A stretch of DNA of 64,000 bases from NCBI GenBank assembly GCA_964016885.1, contig OZ024740.1, positions 284,766,001 through 284,830,000 of the forward strand. The letters run 5' to 3'. The notes beneath the pieces were generated by a model, which was not told where the DNA came from, searched no databases, and saw only the letters and a list, made by a program, of their open reading frames with translations. The number at the start of each line of letters is the position of its first letter. Position 1 is the stretch's first letter. The position numbers were made by a program, and so were the translations under genes. The stretch comes from Eledone cirrhosa. Its lineage: Eukaryota. Below, piece after piece: positions 24,826-37,528 of the stretch.

Positions 24826-26384
24826 TTAAAGTACATTGCTGCTATAAACAAGTCTTTTTATTTGTATAAAAATTATATCCCCTTTAAATTAACATTTGAA
24901 ATAATGTAATAGAAAATGATGTTTATGATAAAGCAAAAAGAAAAGAACTTGTTACAAATGTTCCGTTCCTATACAAAAAATAAAGCACCCCCAAAAACGA
25001 ATAATTAAAAATTGATAACCCAATTATCTTTACACCAAATCATTTTTGTGGTATTTGTTCCATGATCAACTCTTAGAGTCAAGGGTAGTTGACTAATGAA
25101 ATTGTTAGAGCATTAGTTAAGATATATTGCAGTGTTTGTTCCAGCACCTTACATTCTGAGTTTAAATCCACTATAGAATACTTGGACAGTAGACTTAAAC
25201 TATTGCCCAATTTAATACTACCACCTGGCCCTTGGGCCCTTGAGGATATCTTCCTATCTTGCTACCTCTCAGAAGTCCTTCACTCCCTGACTAAACAGTA
25301 AAAAAAAAAAAAAAGGCTGGCCCTTGTGTTAAGATTTTTGGGGGTCTTTTTTTTTTGGGGGGGGGGGGGGGGGCTTTATCAGATCTAGGTTTTCAAATCA
25401 ATGACATTCTTAGTTATTTATTTAGGTTTGAAGTGTTTTTGTTTCTTATATACAATTAGTAAAGGTAACTATGATGATAAATACTGACCTCTCAAATTGA
25501 CGGTTACTTCCAACAACGTTTCCTATTCACAAATTACTGAAGCTACACAGCTGATTTTTCCAGAATAGTTAACTATAACCTGTTGGAAATCAGTCTATAA
25601 TTAAATTCATATAATGCTGGGTGATCTTGTGTTTAATTATTCTCATCCCCGGAAATTATTTTGATGCTTATATATTTAACTAGAAAATTATACAATCTGT
25701 GATAGTGGTTAAATCGTTTTCTTTTAAAGTGGTAACACTGAAAGGTAGTTAAATTTTGGTAGACTTAATCAGCATGGTAAAAGCTAAATTCCAGATTTTC
25801 CTTATTAAACTTATATTTTTCAAAACAAAATATACACCAAACAGTTAGAAAAATTCAATACAAAAAAGCTGAAAAGATAATAAGCATAGAATGAAGCTTA
25901 TTAAAAATACAGTAATATCTTAAAAGAATGCATCATCACATTTTTCTTTTCAAATGGTGTCTCTTAACTAATAGTATAAGAATGCATGAAAATGCTTATC
26001 ACTACAGTTATCACACTCAATTAACTCGCTTTGTAATCAATCTTCAAACACTAAATCATCATCATCATCATCCTCGTTTAACGTCCACTTTCCACGCTAG
26101 CATGGGTTAAACTAAATGTAAATTGTTTTGTTTTTTTAATGCTAAAAATCAACTTTTCTTGGTTGCCATGGATGGAAGATTGTGAAAATGCATAACTTAA
26201 AATGTTTTTACAGTTGGATGTCATGCTTTTGACTAAACTGACAAAGAGTAAATTTACAATTCAAAGGGGATGAAATTATACTATCAACTATTAATAGTCC
26301 AATTCACTGCTGCAGATCCAACATAGACTCTTTCGGTTTCCACCTTGTCATTAAAGTGTTGGCTGCCTTCCATGCCATGCTGCC

Positions 26385-26890
26385 CTCAATGAGGCCATAA
26401 ATCATGGCTTGGATGCTGCCTGCTTACCCTCCCAGGTCGAGCCAGTGAGGCTGGAATAAGGGGACAGCCAAAAGCCAGACCATCTTTCCGTTCAGCAATG
26501 GTGAACCCTTCATCATGGAGGCCACATACAACACTTTCTCCAGCGGCAACCCAGGCTCTGCTGCACTTCGGGCTAAGGAGAGTAAACACCCCAAATATCG
26601 GTCACTTTCCGACAGGTTTGCAGTCGAGCCCGTAGCAGTAGAGACTTCTGGTGTCGACCACCTACCTACTCACCACCTTCGACACAGAGTTGGCTATCCA
26701 CAGGTGTGAATCACGTGAGCTGAAATGGATCTTCCAGCACGTCTCCCTCACCATCCTCCTGGGAAATGCCTTCTCTATTATGTCCTTGGGGGCCACAGGG
26801 TGGCCAGCGCATGGGCTCTCATTTGCTTATAATAGTGAGAGATGTGGAGAGCAGTAGAGTAAGAGGCAGTAACAGTGGGAGTTTGGTTCT
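26385..26890 (+). mobile_element. CRE-like non-LTR retrotransposon 3' fragment (restriction-like endonuclease)
   Basis: EPVRLE*GDSQKPD...KESKHPKYRSL...EPVAVETSGV...RELKWIFQHVSLTILLGNA matches the RLE pattern (EPxGL-DGKRPD, KxxKY, AVETxG, QRxSxxIQRGNA). Confidence 0.75.
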
Positions 26891-27879
26891 ATTGTGTTTG
26901 GACCTAATCTTACAACCACCATAATCACTGCAGTTTTGTCAGTGGTCATGGTCAACATCTCAAACTAGTATTCCTACTCAGGGAATGAGATAAATACTGT
27001 TTAAGCTGGATGCTATAAAACAAATGACATACATAAAATTATGTTCTAATCAATAAACCTTTCATTGTTGATAACCAACCTTACCCCATTGAAATCCAAA
27101 CACTCATCACTTGACGTTTGTTTTCAGTGCTCAAGTGGAGCTACTGACCTCTAAGACAGGTCAAGAGCCCATATCTAATATTCACATGCACTACGAAATG
27201 CATTTTACATGGCTCCAACACTAGGTAGGTTATCTTGCCTCTGACACAGGCGAAGAGTTCTCCGAAGATTTTCCTTCACCTTTATATATAACAAATGAAA
27301 TGCATCTTGGCATATAAGTAGAACATATTTGTTTAGGGAATGGAAATAGGTAAACTGGATTAAGTATGCACCTTGTCAATATAGCTGTAACAATTTTTCA
27401 ACTCCTGATTTAGTCAGCAGTGAAGTAATTTTAACTGCACAAATATTCTGTATATTTTATATAAATTTAATTAAATTATGAGCTGGAATCTGAACTGTTC
27501 ACTTTCTTTCATAAGAGTTGAAACAGAAATTTATTTACTTTTTCTAGATTGTTCCACAATACGAAATTTGACCAAGAAAATGTATTTTATCATCAAATAG
27601 CTACTATATTGTACATATAAAATTACTTGCTAAAAAAGGCAAATGATTATCTGCATTAAAAATCCTTTTATTGAACTACTAAACTATAAAGAATGATAAA
27701 AATATAGTGTTGCAAATTTTAATAAAAATTAACTTATGATAAAGACAACCAACAAGAAAGTCTCGATATGGTCATTTCACCTGCTAGAAATATCAGTTAA
27801 ATTTCCCTATTAAACTACCCTCTTAAAAATGAATGTGGTTTTAGAAGCATTGCCTAAATGCTCTGTTTAAACTCAAAAG

Positions 27880-28140
27880 GTCATACTGCTTGGACGGATT
27901 CCCGTGACTGTCGCCATCCAATTTTTTTGTTCATATCGCACAAGTCAGAGGGAATGCAGTTCATGTCACAAATCTGCTTGATATGGGTCTTGGCTTGTCA
28001 TCCTCTGCTAGCTACTCCTTGTATAAGCTCCCACAACAATTTTGTCTTGAGCTCTCCAGCAATGCTCTGCAAATTTTTAAACTGGTCATTCAGAAATGTC
28101 TATCATGGGACTTACCTACTTGAAGAAAACAAAGTGTGAA
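27880..28140 (-). mobile_element. Decayed RTE-like LINE 3' end
   Basis: Minus-strand LWE..G..SRG*QAKTHIKQI..D pattern of RTE C-termini. Confidence 0.5.
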
Positions 28141-30695
28141 TGTTCATACTTTAAAATCAGCTAGCATATTTTGCCAATATTTAATATCAAATGATTAGTT
28201 CCTTGATCCTTTTCACGTTGTTTACCCATTTTGAGTGAAGTGTCCTGTGGTCATTTTTTTCAAACTTAATTAACCATTGCAATATTTAAGAGAATTTCAA
28301 CTTAAATTCATGAGCTACCTAACTGCTATGCTAAACATTCAGCAGTTTTGACATGCATTTCCACTAGTCCAATAACAAGTTGTTTCATTAACCTGACGAC
28401 AAAAAGCTAAGTTGACCTATGTAAAGCAGTTAACTATTAATTCACTCTGGAACTTGTCACCAGTAAATATATACCCTCCCCTTCCCATTCCATCCCAGTA
28501 CTCTCACTTGTACTAATGTGCAGCTTTAGTACATGCACACAAAAAAAGAATAAAAGCCAATCAAACTCCAATGACAAAGTGCGATGAAGGATGAGTCGGA
28601 CAACAAATAATCCTTTTATTAAAAGGTATTATACGAATTAAGGTTTTAATTATACAAAAATCAGTTTACTCCGATTGCATAGATAATTACGCATACTTTC
28701 TAATATAAAAATTACTGTAAGCTGCACCCCTTTTTAATTTGCTTGGCAGTGGAGAAAAATTTATATATAATGTCATAAGGTAATCAAATAAAAATGAGTC
28801 ATATATTTAGATATGATTAAGAAACAAATCCTAATTTCAAAGTAGAAATATTTTAGTGTTAAAAGTAACAACACTAGTATAATAGATTAAAAAAATTTAA
28901 ACTGATATAAACCTAAAATTTAAATTATATTGCATTCACCTTTTCAATCAGCCGACTAACATATGGCAAATGGCAACAGAGGGTTAGTGACCTAAAGACT
29001 ATAAGAGGTCAACTCTACCTCCAGTGTTAATCAGGTCACTCCATCTGCAGCCTCGAAACATCTTTGTAAAGACCATTGTTTTAACAATTTATTCTCATCA
29101 AAGTAGCTTTTTTTTTTAAATTATTCTAACCAGTTAGACAATTACCTAAACTAGGAAATATGTTCATTTATACATCCAATGAAAAAATATAGCTACTTCA
29201 TTAATATTTTGTTATTGTCAGACATATTTCAATGCTACCACCACTAAAACTTAATATATTAGAAAACAATCTTTAATTTCAAACTAAAGACAAACCTTTT
29301 CCGTAAAAATAAGTAATAATACGTCAGGTTTTATCCAGTGACTATCTAAATGGGTTAGTTTCCAAGATTATGAATCAGTCTGCTTTTTTTCTCTCTTTCG
29401 GAAAAAAAAAAAAAAAATCAGTGAAGTTATTCATTTACACGGTTTTATTGGAACAATGAATTCATATTTTCAAATAGATTATATTTGTAAAACAGTTTCC
29501 AGAATATTAAATTTGAATGTAACTAAATTTCATTTTCAATTATATATTTGCAGAACGTAAGATCTTCATACACATGCTTTTTGACTGGACAGCGGTGACC
29601 AAACATCAAAATACATTGAAAAAAGAAATTAAATGCTTTGTAAAAGAAAAAATATATATAGTTAATTTGTGAAAAATATAATTTGATTCACTAGAAGCAA
29701 CGTTGTTAATTCTAAACGAAATATGTACTTTTTGTTATCAAATGTCTTGTCATAAATCTTGCAACATGAGAATTTTAGTAAAAGGATCAAAACTAAACCA
29801 ATGAAAAATTACAGATAAATCTCGTTTAGCCTGCATACCTTTTTTTTTTTTTTTTTTTTTTTTGAGAAAGACTAATAACCCATAGAATAATTGAAATATT
29901 ATCGGTATTATTTGTAGAGTGCATTTCGAACAATCAAGAAATTTCTATCGCTGATCTTAATACATAGCAATGGAGTAGTAAAAGTGTTTCATTCGGAAAT
30001 GACAATTAATCAACAGCACTAGAGCAGCTTCGATGTTGCTTTTCCTTTAAAACATGTACAAATTTGGAGGGTTTTGACATTTTGCCACTACCAGCACTAA
30101 CCAGATGTAAAATATTCGCGGTATGATGAACGAGACCCAGCCATTTATCTTCACAAATCGCATTGATTTCCATCATGCATAGGTTATCGAACAACGCTTT
30201 CTGTGAAGAATATATTCCCACGTTATACATTAAAAATAAACCAACTGTCAACTGAATATAATCCAACGCAATACAATTTTATGTTAATTATCGTAAAGCA
30301 TCAGAAGAGATTTTAGAATTTAAATGCAATTCAATGTTGCCTGGCAAGGAAAGGTCGGGGGATAAAGAATCGATCAGAATAATGAATTCGATTAGAGGTA
30401 ACATTAAAACAGCTGGAAATCGTATGACTTCATTATTTTAAATTTAAAAAAAAACAAAAAAACTACTAATGATGAATGGGAGACGAGAGAGGGGGAGCCT
30501 CATGTGTGTGTGTGTTCGGTTATAATATTAAATCTTGTCCTGTACAGGTTAAGCAAACAAAACAATAACAATAATCCGAAAAATAAATTTTAAAAAGTGT
30601 CATAGTATAAATATCAAAAGCTAACGGATCAGTTTACAGAAAGTTAGATTTGGAGCAAAAGCAAGGGAAAAATTAAAATTTAAGCAAATCGAGTA

Positions 30696-31107
30696 AATAC
30701 GCGAATATTTGAACGAGAAATAGAACGTAATTTATACATGTAATACATACATGTGTGTGTGTGTATTTATCTATACACACATATATATACTCATGTGTGT
30801 ATACGCGGGGTACAGCGTTTCTAATAGCGAGTTGGAAAAACACGACTAATCTAGTTTTAGCATTTATGCCGAGGATTTTTTTCAGATTTTCTTTTGATTA
30901 TAGTTTGTTTGGAATAAGAAAGTTCCTAGGTCCATTCATGTTCCAAACAAACAGTTAGGACTCAAAACAAGAAACGAAAAAAAATCATAAAAATTATCAA
31001 ACTAGAGCACATTCACATTTTCAATCCAACATTTAAAAAAAACCAAGTTGCACATTTAATATATATATAAAATTGCGTTATATTTCTCGTTCAAATATTC
31101 GTGTATT
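30696..31107. repeat. 38-bp imperfect inverted repeat (arms 30696-30733 and 31070-31107)
   Basis: AATACGCGAATATTTGAACGAGAAATAGAACGTAATTT versus the reverse complement of the right arm, AATACACGAATATTTGAACGAGAAATATAACGCAATTT (3 mismatches). Confidence 0.85.
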
Positions 31108-32138
31108 CAGTCATATACATATTTCTTTATCCAAATGGTTGTAATCTATTTATATTCCCCCATTACAACCAGCCAGTCAGTACTACAACATCCACGTGAT
31201 GAGTGTCCTAGTTGGCAGTAATATGCGAGGACTGCAGTCAGTGGCTGGCAAAGTAGTAACTATGAAGGAAGAAAGCAAATCACACTAAATATATTAAGAC
31301 GAGTGGCAGCCTTGGCCTAGCCTACCCTACCCCTGCTGCCAACACAGAATCTCGAACATACGTTACCTTTGAACAATATAGACAATACTTCATCTATCTA
31401 AATTAATAACGTAAAACAAAATTGATTTTTTTTTGCCACTTAATGGGGAGTAGCAGTAGTAGTAATCATGAAAAAAAAAGAAATATATGTGATAAATAGC
31501 AATTAAATAAGCATCTTTCTTATAAGTATAGGTAAATAAGATTCACTAAGTATCAACGGGATCAATTAATGATAAATATATAATTATTTCGAGGAAACTG
31601 TTTCGGTTTGTACGCGTGATAGACGTTTGTCACATTCATACACGATATTATACATGTGTATTATATATATATATGTGATATGATTACCACACACACACAT
31701 ATATATATATATATATACACACATATATTCTATTACTGTTTTCTGTCATTAAAATACGGTTGTACTGGGGTACGAATATATATATTTTTTTTTTCTATAC
31801 TTTCATTTATATATATATATACACGCATTGTACACACACAAAACTATATACAGAATTAGAGATACATAGGAATAGATATATATACACATGTAGTTATATA
31901 TATGTTTAAAAGAAATGTCACACACACATATATATACTGTCATAAATATATACATATGTATGTATATATATGTATATACATGTGTAGTTATATATATATA
32001 TATATTAGTCCACTTATCCGCCACATAGAGGCGCACTTTATGGAACGCTAGTAGCCATCACCGTCACTCACATCTCCAGACATCAAGAAACACAGTAACA
32101 AAATCAATGGGCCACAAACCATCACGACTAAATCTTAC

Positions 32139-32196
32139 CTCGAAATTTGAGTTCGTTGTCAGGCTCTAAGATTAGGACCTGCAAGTTCTTAGCCAT
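32139..32196 (-). CDS. VAPA/VAPB: Coding exon 1 of a VAMP-associated protein (VAP-A/B, start of MSP domain)
   Basis: ATG GCT AAG AAC TTG CAG GTC CTA ATC TTA GAG CCT GAC AAC GAA CTC AAA TTT CGA G|GTAAG = MAKNLQVLILEPDNELKFR(G), similar to human VAPB [20 protein letters not shown]. The 58-nt exon ends in a canonical phase-1 donor. Confidence 0.9.
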
Positions 32197-32310
32197 TCTT
32201 ACAGCAGAAAAATTTGATTTTGGTTATCTCCCACGATTACATCTGAAGAGAACCAGACCCTTTGTGCGCTACGCATGCGTTGTGGATGTTTTTGAGGACG
32301 AGGCTATACA
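32197..32310 (-). promoter_or_regulatory. VAP 5'UTR/promoter with an NRF1/EWG-like palindrome ACGCATGCGT (32271-32280)
   Basis: RCGCANGCGY motif ~75 nt upstream of the ATG. CpG is visibly more frequent at ~30-33 kb than elsewhere (not counted). Confidence 0.55.
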
Positions 32311-32934
32311 ATTCAATTCATTTTATTTTACCTCATTTATTACGTTATTTAGTAGTTTAGAATAAGGGACATAACACAATGAGTTGCAAAAGTTGAGTAA
32401 TGTCCCTTTAAACACTGAAGAGTTTTTGGATGTTTTTTTTTTACTTCTAGTGTTGATTTCAAATGAAGTTATTTAATGCCAAAGGTCTGACAAGTCTTTA
32501 AACGTTTGTTTTTTTTTTAAATTTGTATTACCTTGTTTATGACAATAAAAGAAATATTTCCAGAAAAAATTCAGCTCCCTTCTATAATTTAGTCTTAATT
32601 AGTTGGAAATTTTTCGAAAATTTCAATTTTTATTTTTATCTTATCTGATATCTTTGGAATCTTACAAATAGAAATATTATTAAGTAGTTGGCTTATATAA
32701 ACTACTTTTCTTATCTCAACCAGAGAACGTATTGAAAAATATGAATACCAAGTCAAATGTTGAACCATCTTTTTATTGGTGCTTTGTATTGCGGATGGAC
32801 AGTGACAAGATTAGCAGACAATCCAGAATATATCCTGATCCATAAAGTTTCCGTGTCTATAGAAGTCCTGATTGCCAATCAAATCAACTTTTCTGTTAAG
32901 TTAGGGAGTACATTTTCTAAACTTTCCACCTAAG

Positions 32935-33120
32935 TACTGGAGACTTCCGGCGTTCTTGACCCCCCCCCCCCCCCCGGCCACATCCGTGCTCACTGCTATC
33001 TGAGCGGATTTGACTGCCCAGGAGGTGGAGTGGTTGTTCCAGCGCGTTTCCGTTGTCGTCCGGGACAATGTCTTCTCCATCCTGTCTGCCGGGACCACGA
33101 GGCGAACGACATATTAGGGT
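32935..33120 (+). mobile_element. CRE-like RLE fragment
   Basis: LETSGVL...EVEWLFQRVSVVVRDNVFSILSAG, homologous to the 26.6-kb and 57.5-kb fragments. Confidence 0.7.
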
Positions 33121-33878
33121 GGAGGTCTTCAAACGAAAGAGTTAATAATGCTGATACTCATACACACACAACTATATATATTTCAAGATTAATACGATTG
33201 AGTCTTTTAAATTCATTCCAAGAGTCGCACATTGATTTACGATGTTTCGTAGTTACCGTCAAATAAAGCAATTTTGATAAGGAAAATTATTGCATACAGT
33301 GCTCAGGTGCACTACAACTCATCAAAGGTGCATTGTATAGTACATAGAATAATGTACAAATGTCAGGAAAGTGAACATTGTATGAGTCATGATATACACA
33401 TAGATACATGCGTGCGTGTGTATGGAGAGGGAATATTTTTTTCAATGTCTTCTGTTTTTAGGAATTAAAAATCAAATGTTGGATTTCTTTCTATGTGGAA
33501 TTTCTAGAAACAATATTGATTGATTTGAAAATGTTCAGCTTCTTAATTTAACTACTTTTCATTTTTTAAAACCAATTTTTTAGCATCTTTATTTGCAAGA
33601 AGCAACCTGTAATGAATCTAATTTTCAATGCTTTGACTTCAACTCATAGCTGACTTCAATATTAAAATAAATACATAGCAGACACCAATAAAAATTAAAA
33701 AAAATTCATTAAACCTCAAACTTAACATTTCATGAAAATTTGCTATGAAAACACATATATGTTTGTGTGTCTGGTGCGAAAGACATCCTGCTGTAGAAAA
33801 CATGCCAAAATATGGAATATATGAGCAAGGTGTGGTTCTTTGATCTGTATAGTCACCAACCATAACAATCCATCCAAC

Positions 33879-34830
33879 CAGAGGCATATCTAGGAAAAAT
33901 AGCACCTATAGCAAGCAGTAAAATTGCGCCCCCTGCCTAGCTCTGTATTTGTACCTATGGGCCTAATCTATATATATAAAACTGAGGATGTCTGTCTGTG
34001 TGTGTGTATGAGTTTGAATCCCTAAAACTCGAGAAGCACCCAACCGACTGTTTTCAAACTTTACACATGTAATACTTATGTTTCAGGAAGTGTTCTGAGC
34101 AAAGAAAATTTCAAATTTTCAATGCCCTAGGGACCGTATTAGGTGATTTAGCGATCTCTCTCTATAATTCTTAGTCTTTTTCTTTTTAGATAGATACATA
34201 CATATAACGTCGCGCCCTTATAATATCGGTCTGTATGTCTGACTGTCTGCATTACGTCACTTCCAACAATTCCCTCTCCGTCCAGAACGCGCCCTTATAA
34301 TATCTGTCTATATGTCTGGCTGCCTGCTGCCTGCATTAGGTGAAAAACTTCATTTTTTCAGCTTTTTAGGGCTTTTTTGAGGAATCTAGCCGATTTTACC
34401 GAAATTTCAAAGCATATTATGTACATAAAAGAAATTCATTTTCTTGATCCCCTAGGTGAAAACCTGCATTTTTTCTGCTTCATCGTGGAAAATCTTAAAG
34501 ATTATCCAGCCATCAGAGTATTCGGTTTATTTTCTTTACATATTGTCGAGGCATGCAGTTTTTCCACGATTAGGTCTGTTGGCGGCCCGCGTTCCAAAAT
34601 ACCTTATCCCGTGTAACGCCGGGTACCACTGCTAGTAATTTATATAAATGGTTTAATGATCTAGCCTCCATAGTGTTCTCACCCATGATAATCAGAGATA
34701 GATCATACATCTGAAGAAGTTTCTTTTTTCACTCTCCGACAAGGCTTATTTGACTTTAATAGAACATGCTCATAGTCCAAGTGGCACCCATGGCACGTGC
34801 CAAGCTTGCCATACCCTAGTTATGCCTCTG
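33879..34830 (+). mobile_element. Non-autonomous hAT element with an 8-bp target-site duplication (contains a Helitron)
   Basis: TIRs CAGAGGCATATCTAGG / CCTAGTTATGCCTCTG (15/16 match). TSD CATCCAAC at 33871-33878 and 34831-34838. Confidence 0.88.
33967..34635 (+). mobile_element. Non-autonomous Helitron
   Basis: A|TCTATATATATAAAA... 5' end, a (GTCT)/(GT) tract, subterminal hairpin CCCGTGTAACGCCGGG (34608-34623), CTAG|T 3' end, no TSD. Confidence 0.85.
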
Positions 34831-35118
34831 CATCCAACCCATGCTATATATATATGTGTATGTAAACAAAGAAATCATTTTGTGTAAACAAATTTATTGG
34901 ATTACAGCCATTTTAGCAATGATCCCACACATAGTTGAATATATCATGCAAATTTTATACACAGGTAATTGTACAACTATGATAGTTTTAGCTGGACTCA
35001 AGGGGTAAGTCATATTAGTAAACAACGCTTTCCTAATCTGACGAATTTCTCCTACAAATCATCTTTTTAGGGCTATGCTTAGGACTACATTATTCAGTGT
35101 GTTCTTTTCTTCATTTAA

Positions 35119-35300
35119 CCCTTTAGCATTTACATTACTCTATATTTACTATTATATTTTCACAGTAAAGGCTTTACCTCACATAATATCAAATCTATGA
35201 GATTTTGATATTATTTATTTTGAGAACAATACTTTAACATTAGTATGAGCAGCCATTTTGAACAGGAGTGAGAGAATTCCAGCTGGATACAGCCAGTTTA
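35119..35300 (+). mobile_element. piggyBac-type MITE, right end decayed
   Basis: TTAA|CCCTTTAGCATTTAC; body matches 13704-13901. Confidence 0.8.
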
Positions 35301-36509
35301 GATGGTAGGATGTGATTTGTGGGAGACATTTCCAGTAGGTCAAGCATTTTTATTGGCTTGTTGAAAGAATAATTGTTACTATGGTAAGTGTCAAATTGTT
35401 AAGCTCAAAATCTAGCAAATTTTACCAATGTTTAGCTCCAGATAAGCACCTGCAGCATAAAGCAGTTGTGTGTAAGTATAACTTAAGAGAGATTTGTCCT
35501 TTATTTCTAACAGGCTGAGCAACTATGTATAGAATTCTCTTGTATTGTATTGTTACATAAGGGACAATTTTTCTATCTTCATTGTGGTTTTGATGTAAAA
35601 TACATCTGCTTTGGCAAGAAGCTTGCAAAAAGAAAAATTCATCCCATTTATGAATGAAAAGTTATCGATGTCATTGTAAAGGCAGAGTAGTCTAGGAGTG
35701 ATAGAAAGTTGTAACTCATTGGATTGATCAGTGGGACATCATTGAAAAATTTGTCTTTACATAATGTATATCAGGCAAGTATTCCTATTTGTTGGAACCC
35801 ATCTTTGTTGAAGCTTACTCTTGGTAGATGGTGAACTCATCACTCCAAGTTAATAAAACACATATCAGTTGGAGCTTCTATTTTGTTGCTCAACCTTCTA
35901 GAAATCACAGCCTTACAAAAGAAAAGACACATTGGATAATGTAGTCCTAGGTTCATTATACCTGTAACATGGTTAACCAGGGCCAATGAGCAGTTGGCTT
36001 AACAACACACTCAACAATTTTAGAGTTTTGTCACTGTTTACAGCAGAGATTGGAGGTGTGTGTGTGTGGGGGGGGGGGGGTTCTATCCTATTTCAACTAG
36101 CTGAATTAAATAGCATCAAATGAAATCCTGATTCTTCAACTGTCAGTTTTTATACCTTACCAACATAATTATTCATGATTCTTAGCCAAGTGAATAATGA
36201 TATCAAACTACCTACTAATTTATATAACATTTATATCCCACCATGTATTTTTCAGTAGTTTCTCTGGGTAAAACAATTCATTTTGCTGTCTTTTTTTTAT
36301 ACCTATTGGAGAATAGGTACAAAGCCATTGGAGCAGAAAACAAAATCCAAGGAAACTGAAGTGAATATGTGTTGATAGAAGCCCCTGGTGTATCGTGATT
36401 TTTTCAGTAACAGGAAAAAGTGTTTTCCAGCTGAAAAGGAGATATAATAATACAAAAAGAAAAAACATATTTTAGAAGATACTATTATAAAATGTATATT
36501 CTCTTAAAA

Positions 36510-36571
36510 ACTGCCACCAGAGGAAATATTTTATATCTTTTGCAATATAAAATATTTCCTCTGGTGGCAGT
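36510..36571. repeat. Perfect 27-bp inverted repeat with an 8-nt loop
   Basis: ACTGCCACCAGAGGAAATATTTTATAT-CTTTTGCA-ATATAAAATATTTCCTCTGGTGGCAGT. Confidence 0.95.
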
Positions 36572-36850
36572 GATGTGATAATAAGATCAACATGACATCA
36601 GATTCTCCACTGTTTTTAGTTCATAGGTGATATTATATTACATCATTAATATTCATTTAAAGCATCATAGTTGTGAATGGCATTGCAATAAAAGATGAAG
36701 ACTAAAACCAAATCTTATCTAAGTCTAAGAAATTTGAGGTGAAATTGTAATGCTCCAAAATATATTTTGAGCAACTCTTTCTGTAAATTGTTTCAATTTT
36801 ATGTATCCCAAAATATATACTATCAGAAATTCTATTGTTACATGGGCTGT

Positions 36851-37041
36851 CTTAAACTGGCCATATCCAGCCAGAATTCTCTCACCTTTTCCTGTTCATA
36901 CGGCTATAACCAGCGATTGATATTAACATTAAGGTATTGGTTTCAAAATAAATAATATCAAAATCTCATAGATTCGATATTGTGAGATAATTTGCCGTAA
37001 AAATGCAATAGTATATCTAGAGTAATGTAAATACTAAAGGG
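36851..37041 (-). mobile_element. piggyBac-type MITE (13704 family)
   Basis: Ends in ...AATACTAAAGGG|TTAA; body is the reverse complement of the family sequence. Confidence 0.8.
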
Positions 37042-37528
37042 TTAAAGCTAGTCAGCAACAAAACACATTTTCAGTTTCAGGCATTTTAATTTCAACATCT
37101 TTTTGAAAGTAATTATATCTGTATGTGTGTGTAAACACTTTTAATTCCTTTATTTAGATATTTTACATAAATTTATCAAGGTATAATTAACATCAAAAGG
37201 AAATAACAACGGTGTCTGTTTGTCATCTGATATGTTGTCTGCTCTTTCCATTTAGACAAGTGATGTTATGCTCAATGTATCTTGCTCCCTCCCTCTCTCT
37301 TACACATAGTTGATATATTTTCTTTTCATCCCATATCCTTTCTCTATATAGCTATTTTCCTCTGCCTCTCAGACTTCCTCTTTCTCTTTATTTATTTTTG
37401 ATTACTTAAACACACACACACACATACATTTCTGATTTTATATATTCTGATATTGTTATAAATAAAATGGTTACAAGAACTCATAATCAACTGAATGATG
37501 CTTATTTCAGACAACATATAATATATTA

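Noticed and set aside
30006-30266. 86-aa minus-strand ORF near the promoter
   Set aside because: No recognisable similarity or convincing splice sites; the length is compatible with chance.
32021-32036. CTCF-like motif CCACATAGAGGCGCAC
   Set aside because: Spacing does not fit the consensus, and it cannot be supported without binding data.
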